Part shown: in pieces, positions 24,477-33,244 of the stretch
Layout of the letters: each line of letters starts with the position of its first letter
Numbering within the stretch: position 1 is the stretch's first letter
Notes under the pieces: generated by a model
Seen by the model: the letters and a program-made list of their open reading frames with translations, nothing else
Databases searched by the model: none
What the model was told of the DNA's origin: nothing
Translations under genes and position numbers: made by a program
NCBI GenBank assembly: GCA_000934665.2
Contig: KZ539108.1
Span: 1 to 33,244 of the forward strand
DNA length: 33,244 nucleotides
Direction of reading: 5' to 3'
Source: Catajapyx aquilonaris
Lineage: Eukaryota

Positions 24477-26560
24477 TTCTACTCTAAGTAGGCTATTGTT
24501 TCTTTCGAGTCCCTGGATTGTCCTGTGTTTCAGAATGCATCAACTGCTCCATAAAGGTGACTCTTACGTTTACTACATAATGACAGAACTCGAGAACTAG
24601 TATACTCATGAAAATTGGAAACCATGTGTTTTAAAGGTCGGCGATCTCGAATTAGATGTCAAAGCATGTAATTTTCCAAATGGCGGATTATTTTGAGAGA
24701 GGAGGGGAGGGGGGGGGGGGTAATAATAATGGCCTTGGATTTAGACCGGAGGCTGTGTGGGCGGGTACACCCAACAACACACCCGACAATCCAAACTTAA
24801 ACCCCAAACACTGCATTTTATATGTACCGGTACATGTTAACCTGCTGGGTAAACGAAGGGGGTTGAGGCTTCGCCTCGCTTCCAAATAATCAAAATCAAA
24901 AAATCAAAGTACCTCTGCGGGGGGAAGGCAATGGCTCACAGCATGACCCATCAGGTATACCCAAACGAGACCCCAGTAGCCACTCCATCGGAGCAAAGTT
25001 TTTATATAAGTTAAGTTATAGATATAATGAAAAAATGATAACCCTCCTGTATAAGGTTGAGCTGCCCAGCTAGTCGGCGTTAATTATTGATGAAGACCGA
25101 AGTCATGAGAAGAAGACATACGGTACTGTACAAACTCAAAAATAGTCTATCATAAAGGAATACTGTAACTTACTACTTTTCATATAGTTAGAAAGATGCA
25201 ACTTGTCACACAGGTAGCCCAGGCAACGACTGACACTATCAAGGTATACACGCAAGAAAATATACAATGTCTCTTTGAGTGCGGTTCACGATATAGAGTT
25301 AATAAATACAGGAAAACACAAGGGAAAATCCTCATATCATTTTCTTTTCATTCGTAACATTTCGTTGGAAACAGTATAATCAGTGTTTTGCAGATCAAAT
25401 TCATCGTTTTTGTACTCTGCCGTGAGTTTCATAATAACGTTTTAACATTTATGTAGATTAGTTTTTATCTAAGCCCTCAAAAAATACTAAAATATATGTC
25501 TGATTTATTACTATACTTGGTTGTTGACCCAATCACTTGTGCGGTATCACGTATGGTAGCGTCAATCGTGACAGTGTGGAGCAGGTCACGTAATACGTAG
25601 TTGGCCTTAATTTTTTTTTTTTTTAAAGTCAGAGGATGGCACCCACGAATAGTGGCTCCAATGCACAAATGCTCCAAAAAACGTGACCTGACCTGGATGT
25701 CTCTACCTCCCCTACGACTTTTGCCACCCAGCCTCCTCCCGCCTGACGGGCCCCCACTGCCTGATTAAATATGGCGCCGTGGAGGCGTACAAAATTCGGC
25801 ACATGGTCGGAAAAGAAAATCCGGGCAGTTTTCTCCCGTCGCGTCGCGTCGTTTGGATTGCGAGGCCTCTGCCGTAAAGGGGCAGGGTGACCAAAGAGGA
25901 GTGATTGTGCTGTTTCCTACTCGAATCTGTGGTTATTCTGCAATAGCTTGCCCTAACTAACTAACGGCACCTGGTGTTTAAAAGTGTCTTTTCAACATAC
26001 TGAAATTGCAGAATTATTAACAACTATCCCACCTGCCCGTTAAAACCGTTGGAGAACCAAGGCATCAATAATGTCTTTCTTCTTCTCGTCATTATCATAT
26101 CCAGTATATGAGAGAATGAAGGCTGTGAAGGGAATACTTTTTGTGCAAATCATAATTTTGTATCATTCAATGTATCTCAATGCTTTATTAACCAGAATGT
26201 GACATTCGTTAAGAATTTGATTTGTCGAATTTTTGCAATTAACACCTTCAATTTAATAGGGAAGACGAAGAGTATCCCAACTCCATGGACAATATGCTTA
26301 CTTGGAAATAACAATAACATGTTTCGAGCTAAACCATGTTTGTCTTGTTAGTGTTCATCACCTGATCAAGTGGGGTAACTGCATCCAACATCCCCCTCCT
26401 TCAGACAGTTGCATCATGTCGGATGCACAAAGAAATCAGATTTAATGGGCGCTTTTAATTGTGGCAAACAATTAGGAAGAAATTAGCACTACTCAATTTT
26501 ATGATTGCATGTGTATGGCCTAAGGGACAGAATTGTCATGCCAAGTGCTACCGTGCCAAC

Positions 26561-26624
26561 AAATGGCAATTATATCCCATGTTTGATAATTAAATGGCAA
26601 CTTATATCCCATTGTTTGATAATT
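26561..26624. repeat. Two-copy ~32-bp tandem duplication
   Basis: AAATGGCAATTATATCCCATGTTTGATAATT followed by AAATGGCAACTTATATCCCATTGTTTGATAATT. Confidence 0.85.
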
Positions 26625-26903
26625 AATATTATGTGAGATCTGATTTTATTCCTTGTTTTTTTCCAGCTGAAAACTGCTGCCGGGTGTTCCTGTGACATCC
26701 AGTGGTCCTCCATCGCACCTATGGATGAGATGGCATGACTACCGGGAAGAAGATGGCTCAGTGTTAGAGATGAAAATTGGTAGACAAAGTCCACATTTCT
26801 TCCTCATAAAGAATTTAGCAACCTGAAATTTTAACTGCTTTCGCCTTTTAAAAATGGATCAGTAATAATTTATATTTATTTAAAAACACACCAAGAATGT
26901 TAA

Positions 26904-27719
26904 TCATGAATTACATTCTTGCAACACAAGATGAGGACCTCCCGACACTTCATCTGCCTGCTCATTTCTTTCATCATAGAGAACCTCTATTTCTCTTAAA
27001 GAGGTTCTTGCCTTTAGGTTCATGTGATTCTGCTTGAAATTTATTCCCTGATGATCCAGCGACTTCAGATAGTAACTTACTTCTCCATCTGCTCACGCCA
27101 GTCATTTTTGATTCCTTTGTGATTCACGCCACTCCTCATCCTTGTCCTCCAGACGCCGTAAGACGAGTGGAATGGCAACATACGGATTCGTCTTTAGGCC
27201 CTCAATAATTTCAGGACCTTTCTCTCCATATATGCGACGTATGGCCCTTTGGTTTATAACTGACGACGTTCCTCCAAGACAGTCATCCAGCCTAAATTGA
27301 TCAACCTCTTCTCGAGTCATACGCGACATCTTTTCCTGAACTGCCTTCAGGGAGAGAATAGCTGCTGCATTATTCTCCAGTATCATATCCAGCTCAAATC
27401 TCTCATCTTCATCTTCATCTTCAACTCTGTACATGTGAACTTCAAACGCTGTCTTACGACACCTACTTACAGTACAATCATCCGAATATGGCGGAAGGGA
27501 AACTACCGTGTCATTCAGAACCTCATTGCAAAGGCTGGTGCGGCCAGAACATGTTGGCGGAACGTAGCTTTCTGGCAGAACACGATAGCTGCCACCAAAC
27601 GAATCTAATATGGAACAATGAATCTCCGGGTTAGAGTCGCTAGATATGTCCATTGCAACAGTCAGAGTGGATGACACATGAGGAGTGGTCTCTGGATCTT
27701 CATCAGCATTCCGCTTCAT
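26904..27719 (-). pseudogene. Sin3: Truncated, divergent Sin3 corepressor copy containing only the histone-deacetylase-interacting domain region; probable pseudogene with a 205-codon open 5' part
   Basis: ORF 27102-27776 (first ATG 27719) encodes GGSYRVLPESYVPPTCSGRTSLCNEVLNDTVVSLPPYSDD...EDERFELDMILENN...FRLDDCLGGTSSVINQRAIRRIYGEKGPEIIEGLKTNPYVAIPLVLRRLEDKDEEWRESQR, colinear with the Sin3A HID. After frameshifts the homology resumes as WREQMEK / [16 protein letters not shown]...[12 protein letters not shown]...GPHLVL up to TGA 26906-26904. A candidate splice acceptor (TTGTTACAG|G) lies at 27766-27765. Confidence 0.88.
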
Positions 27720-28030
27720 TGTGGACACCGTTTTTAGATCCCGATCACCACAGGAACATTGAACCTGTAACAACAAACCAACATGTTACATTCCCACTAT
27801 GCTCTTAGGGCTCTTAGGGTCAAAATTCTACCAGATGGGGACAGGTCGGACAAAAGCACCATTTCCCCCCCATGCAATCTGCATTGCTTAAGCTTTAGAT
27901 TTTTGGTAGGATCCACGTGATCATGACACTAGATCAAGAGTTATGAGTCATATTCCAGGTGAACGTGTCAGCTGACGGATAGTACGTCTGTCGGATTACA
28001 AATAACAATACCTGGTTCCCCACAGACTAC

Positions 28031-28658
28031 TGTAACGAGGAAGCATATGAGGTAGCATATGTGGAAGCACATGAGGATGACTAATGGAGTAATGGACTCA
28101 AGTCACAAGAGAAGGGCGAATATAGAAGCCTCACATGACAGATATAACACATGTGGCGGAAAGGATCACAAGATGCCCACATAATTATACCGACGGTCAA
28201 GGGCGGCGAAAGATAGAGAAGCATATAAAAGAGAGCAGCCGGCAGAGAAAGGAGGCAACCGGCCAGAGGAAGAAGAGGAAGCCGCCGGCCGAAGAGGCAG
28301 CCGGGCAGAGGAAGAGCTCGGGGCAGAGAGAGACGGCCTGAAGACAGGAGACGGCCCGAGAGTGAGAGAGAGTGAGTAGAGGTGAAAGTGGGGTGTCACA
28401 TATTCAGACATAATTAGGCGTCCCGATTAGGCCCAGAGTATTGAGTCACTACTGTTGCTTGTTATAATCTATTCGCATATTAAAAGACATTATCGAGTGC
28501 CTACCTATTTGATTACTGGTAACCGAAAGTGCCCCAACCCGCTGGGTCCGGCACCTGACCTACGCACCCCATCCCCAACCCCTTCTCCCCATCCCCAACC
28601 CCTTCTCCCCATCCTCCTTCCCATTCCTACAGCTATATCACCCCAAATTATCGTTACA
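28031..28658 (+). mobile_element. Solo LTR (Gypsy-like), 628 bp
   Basis: Termini TGTAACGA...TCGTTACA form an 8-bp inverted repeat (TG...CA). 4-bp TSD CTAC at 28027-28030 and 28659-28662. TATA-like TATAAAA at 28224-28230 and poly(A)-signal-like ATTAAA at 28479-28484. Confidence 0.88.
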
Positions 28659-28885
28659 CTACTCCTATGTTATTTAAGTGTTATCATTGGTGTGTTATTA
28701 AAGTGAAGCACATATTGGGGGCAATCAACTGAGTATATTTTTATACGTGGGGGCTGGGGGGGGGGGGGTCAGTGACCTTTAGTGTGTTGGCCCCTGTAAA
28801 GTTCCACCTGATGCCACAGACTTATCATGATTTTTTAAATGAGAAAGTATAGGTAGTACTATCATGATGGTGACATATTTAAGTA

Positions 28886-29015
28886 AGGTGAAGTGGGGGA
28901 AGTGCACACCCGGGGTAAGTGCACATATTGTGCCGCCATATTGGAATGAAAATGGCTGACGACACCAAAACGCGTCAGCTATGTAGCTGCACTGTGCACT
29001 TCCCCCCCTTCACCT
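28886..29015. mobile_element. 130-bp TA-targeting MITE (Tc1/mariner-pogo type)
   Basis: 23-bp TIR AGGTGAAG(T/G)GGGGGAAGTGCACA with TA at 28884-28885 and 29016-29017. The opposite fold-back arm shows the empty site (AAG-TA-CGT). Confidence 0.92.
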
Positions 29016-29466
29016 TACGTCTGTTGAAGATGGATGTGCATGCTTATGCGCAGAAGTCTACTGCGCATCATGTGGGTGTGGTGGCAGCACCAACACCCCC
29101 ACCCTTGATGTCGCCTCCCAAGTCATGGCATCGACATGCGTATGAAGCAGTACACCATGGGAAAATTCGGCTTTCTCTCAAGAAGACAGTCAGTGAGTCC
29201 TGCTCCACGCTGAATATATTAGGAGTATAGAGAACATGTTCTGCCTGACAGTACGGCACTCCTTTGTTTTAAGACGTTCAAAGGGGGTTCCCAACTCACC
29301 TGCAAACAGGGAGCTTCAGGAGCTCCTGCCACAGCCGATGCACACGTCAAATGCAGGTGGTCATGCATTATTGTGTGCATATCACCCACAGATATTTGCA
29401 ACAAATAGGATAGGACAGTCAAAGTCACACAGTGATCCTCTCACATGATGACTGAGGCCGTGTTAA

Positions 29467-29892
29467 AGGGACACTCCACTCAAAATACAAGTTGGCCCCC
29501 AAAAATCGGGCAAAAAATCTTGATTCCGAATGTGCAATCGTTTTTTTTCTACGCCCAACGGTAACACGGAAAATCATATATCTACACACGTCGTCTCGCG
29601 TCGTCTGCTAAGAAGGGCGATACAACAGCATCTCGCGGCAAACCGGAGAAGTAGAGAAGGTGCTCAACAAACAACTGCCGCGCCAGGATGCCTTCTCTAG
29701 TTCCGCCCGGTTCCACTCTGGTGGCGTCGCCACCTGCGTCCACCTGCCCCGCGCGTGGTTTTCGAACGACACACTTCCAGCTTTCACACTGGCCTTACCG
29801 TTCGTCTCTAAGAAAAACTGCTTATACTCTCGGAATCAGGATTTTTTGCCCGATTTTTAGAACCCAACTTGTATTTTGAGTGGAGTGTCCCT
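29467..29892. mobile_element. TTAA-flanked Kolobok/T2-like MITE, 426 bp
   Basis: TTAA at 29463-29466, then TIR AGGGACACTCCACTCAAAATACAAGTTGG (perfect 29 bp, imperfect to ~100 bp). The right end is followed by TTTTAA. Confidence 0.9.
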
Positions 29893-30498
29893 TTTTAATG
29901 GTCACCTTCGTCACAGCTCTGGCAGAATCTCCCGGAGCGCCCTGTTTGCAGGTGAATAATTCGTGATCCTTCTTGAACATATCTTTTCCATATGCCTATG
30001 TCAGCGTGGAGTACGACCCCCTGGCTGTCTTCTTGAGGCAAAAGCAGAATTTCAGCACGGTGTACTGCTTCATACATGTCGATGCCATGACTCGGGAGGC
30101 GACATCAAGGGTGGGGGTGTTTGTGCTGCCACCACACCCACATGATGCGCAGTAGACTTCTGTGCATAAGCAATTAAGCATGCACATCCATCTTCAACAT
30201 ACGTACTTAAATATATCACCATCATGATAGTACTTCCTATACTTTCTCATTTAAAAAATCATCATCATCATCATCATCATCACGACATTTCCCTATAAGG
30301 GGTGGTCAGCGATGACGGGAGCCGCAAGCTAACCCAAAATATGAACTAAATTAAAACTTGTAAAAATAAACCTATAAACAACCCGTCCCGTCCCCCACCC
30401 CTGCCCATCTCAGACGACAAACACTAAATATTAATTTTTAAATATTACACTATGTAACGCGGTACTTTGCGAAAATAAGTCTTNCCCCCCCCCCGGAA

Positions 30499-30695
30499 GA
30501 GGAATCAGCAACTGTTAAATTCCTCCAAGTGACTAGAATATTATTTTACTGGTTAGTGAGGAATAACAGCATTTGTTAAATTCCTCAAGTTGAGTAGAAT
30601 ATTCACAGGTTTGTGAGGAATAACGGGATCCATTAAATTCTTCCAAAGGATTAGAATATTTACAGGTTAGTGAGAAGAATCAGCATCTGGAAATT
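30499..30695. repeat. Minisatellite of ~57-59-bp unit, ~3.4 copies
   Basis: Units start at 30499, 30558, 30615 and 30672 with consensus approximately GAGGAATAACAGCATnTGTTAAATTCCTCCAAGTGAnTAGAATATTnACAGGTTAGT. Confidence 0.85.
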
Positions 30696-31066
30696 CATAC
30701 TCGAACTCGAGTGCTGTGCAGGACAGAGAGAGAGGCAGAGACCCTTGCAAGCATGACTACCAGTGTCTACCTATGCATCGTTACTGTGCAAGAGATATTT
30801 TCCAACCTTGTAGTTCTACACATGATGTGCACTGAATATTAAATATTAAACACTGAATATTAAATTTAAATATTACACTATACAACGCCCAACGCGGTAC
30901 TTTGCGAAATCAAGTCCCCCCTCGCCCCCAGCCAACAACTCAGGACGCCCTGACCACGCTGACGCGACGTGTATGGCACCACTCTTGCACCTCATCGACC
31001 CCGCCAGGGATGTCCCCTCTACTTGCCGGTGCGAATGAAGCCTTATCCTCAGACCTATTTACCTAT

Positions 31067-32015
31067 TTACCCATTAATTAACCTCCGCCATTTACACCTA
31101 TCCAAACAAACAACCTTAGCCTCAGCCACGTCCATGGTCCTATTGACTCATGAACGTCTCGGCTTAACACTAGCAACCCTTCTTAAGACACTGACCAACC
31201 TTGTCCAACCATGTCTTCCTAGGCCTACCCTTGCCCCTCTTACCAACTACTCCACCCAAATAAACCTTCTTCACAATCTCCTCCTCCTTCATCCTCTCCA
31301 CATGGCCAAACCACCTTAGAGTAGACCTACACACCTTATCTTTAACAGTCAGTCTCGTTAACATTACACCTCTGCAAAATCTCCTCATTCCTAATCCTAT
31401 CCAACTTAGTCACCCCCACAAACATATACAGCCTGGAGATAACGCATCTCTGTAGCCAACACCCTACTCTTATGCCTATCTGACCAAACCCACGCTTCAC
31501 TACCATACATAAGTGAAGGAACAATAACGTGAGAATAGACAGACAACCTACAGGCAGAAGATAAGTCCTTATTTCTAGAAAACTTACTTGTGGCACCTAT
31601 CACTTTCAACCCAGAACTAACTCTCATGTCAATCTCCCCATCCATTCTACCATTACTCTCAAGGACACTACCCAGGTATACTAACTGGTTGACCTGCTCA
31701 ACCAGTTATCCTCGTACCTGCAAGGAGAAACCTGCTGTCCTCTCTCAAATATCAATACCTTAGTCTTATCTATGTTAATAATTGCATACCCCTCTTCTCA
31801 CAAACATTTTCTAACTTGCATAGGATCAACTGTAAACCAGCCTCACTCTTCGCCAGAAGGGCAGAATCATCTGCATACAGCAAGTGACTAACTAGCTCAT
31901 CACCAAACTGCACTCCTACACCTTCAACCATAGCTTCCCTTACACATGCATCTAAGTACAAGTTAAATAACCAAGGAGACATAACACAACCTGCTTAACC
32001 CCAACACTAATGGCT
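31067..32015 (-). pseudogene. RTE reverse transcriptase ORF remnant
   Basis: Reads GVKQ/CVMSPWLFNLYLD...HLLYADDSALL (YADD), YLGSV, PSLMYGSEAW...LATEMRYL...GVTKLDRIRNEEI, LRWFGHVERM...KRGKGRPRKTW, and ends MDVAEAKVVCLDRCKWRRLING*. Several frameshifts. Confidence 0.93.
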
Positions 32016-32580
32016 AATTCCATGAAAAAGTATACATCAGAATCAGATTTTAAATTAAATAATTTCTATTATATTATGGTACGTATTTTCGGAAAGCTGA
32101 GATTGTGTATTTTTTTATTTTTGAACAGATATTAGAGAATTGTCACATACATTCAAGTTAACAACACTGTTTATTTCCAATATGGCGGGGGGTGCAAATT
32201 TCTTTGTTCTAAGGCTCCATAAAAATCTTCATAATTCAACAAGTAAGCTAGTGTTTTTCATGCAGTAAACTGTTATTTCTATCACATAAGAACTGGATGA
32301 ATGTACTATATATTTATCTTTCCATTGCAATGACTTATTCACCATAAAAATTAGCTAGTTTAAATACCATCTTTGTGTGTCGCGTAAGTCACAGTTTTTA
32401 GACCTTTTTAAAATTTTTAGCTCTAGTACCAAAATCTAAAAGTTGATATCCATTACCTTCTCACTACACAGTAGTACCCTTCAAATAATAATAAAAATTG
32501 TGAGGTAATTTTTGTATGAACATTGTTATAGCCATTTAATTTTTGTCGTGTAAGTCACGTTTCCGCTTGGATGCCACGTC
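32015..32580. mobile_element. Probable degenerate DNA-transposon internal/terminal remnant, unclassified
   Basis: AT-rich sequence with a CCAATATGGCGG motif and a repeated TGTCG(C/T)GTAAGTCAC motif (~32378 and ~32545), in the style of subterminal repeats. No TIR pair or TSD established. Confidence 0.3.
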
Positions 32581-33244
32581 ACTATTGTTTCCCGGCTGGT
32601 AAAATGGCACTTACAGTAGTGCAATTGAAGAAAAAGCAAATGTAGTTAAAGCAAGAAAGGAAGTAAGAGCTGTCCTAGATAAGTGCACTGGAAAGGCAAA
32701 AAGAAGGGAGTGTTGTAAAAAAAAAATATATGCGACTTATAATGAGAGAAAATCATTGAAGGTAAAATGTAGAGTTTGAGAAGCCATCAATGCCAGACAG
32801 TTTGATCCAAACACAGCTGGAGAATTTGCAGAACTAGTAGAAGTTGCCGATAGAGTTTATCCAAATATTAATATTATATTCATTGAATCAAAGGATATTG
32901 AAAGAAGAATAGCTATATGCTTGATGAAATGTGAACTCCTACTAGAAAAGAAGTTGTTTATTTTCCTGACTCAGTACACTTGGACACTATGAACTAGAAC
33001 ATTCTCTTATTTCCAATGCTTCCATTCCTGAGTTTTATATTGTTTATTTTTAACTTGACTTATTAAAGACATTGTACCACGGACTTCTGGTACTCATACC
33101 TGCTAATTCATCCCAGATGTGTAATTTGCGGCTGCAGAATCTATACAAGGGCAATTCCACGTGAACGTGATCACCTTTTTCACGAAAAAATTTGCCCGTC
33201 GATGAGTGTGAGATATGTTTGAGTCCATGTCAAGTTATGACCTT

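Larger units (their letters stand above)
28827..30262. repeat. Long imperfect inverted repeat (fold-back) with arms 28827-29335 and 29916-30262
   Basis: The arms align in reverse complement over ~350 bp, e.g. ATGATTTTTTAAATGAGAAAGTATAGG..., GAAGTCTACTGCGCATCATGTGGGTGTGGTGGCAGCAC and TCACCTGCAAACAGGG. The left arm carries a 130-bp MITE and a ~40-bp extra segment. Confidence 0.9.
30258..32015 (-). mobile_element. 5'-truncated RTE-clade LINE with (ATG)n tail
   Basis: Decayed RT ORF at 31067-32015. The 3' end reads GCTGACCACCCCTTATAGGGAAATGTCG(TGA)n, an RTE-like stem-loop plus trinucleotide tail ((CAT)n at ~30258-30282 on the + strand). That the tail belongs to the same copy is inferred. Confidence 0.75.

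Noticed and set aside
24887..24980. Possible short 3' end of a retroelement with (TTTGA)n tail on the minus strand
   Set aside because: The tail has only ~3 irregular units, with no TSD or coding evidence.
27810..28015. Possible Helitron-like non-autonomous repeat fragment
   Set aside because: Only a stylistic resemblance; no diagnostic termini or second copy in the window.
29282..29295. AGGGGGTTCCCAAC resembles the hAT MITE TIR
   Set aside because: Single short match with no partner TIR or TSD.
30499..30695. CRISPR-like array
   Set aside because: The units are similar along their whole length with no unique spacers, there are no cas genes, and the context is eukaryotic.
33211..33222. AGATATGTTTGA resembles the 5' half of miR-190
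   Set aside because: The sequence diverges after 12 nt and no precursor hairpin is visible.

Overview
AT-rich, repeat-dense eukaryotic genomic DNA, most likely from an invertebrate animal (species cannot be determined). No intact host gene, rRNA, tRNA gene or CRISPR array is supported. The only host-derived coding sequence is a divergent, intron-free, truncated copy of the Sin3 corepressor HDAC-interacting domain (minus strand, 26904-27719), lying head-to-head with a solo LTR. The other identifiable content is transposable elements: a decayed MULE transposase with SWIM finger, a full-length decayed mariner, a 5'-truncated RTE LINE, a second LINE remnant, a tRNA-derived SINE interrupted by a hAT MITE, TTAA/Kolobok-like, Tc1/pogo-like and Harbinger-like MITEs, and a ~1.4-kb fold-back with two nested MITEs. 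Long stretches (about 4.7-9.5, 10.2-14.3 and 17.7-23.1 kb) contain no TE I can recognise and may be regulatory. I see no convincing new biological system; the Sin3 HID-only copy and the nested fold-back are the best leads. Family assignments rest on motifs I recognise, not on database searches.
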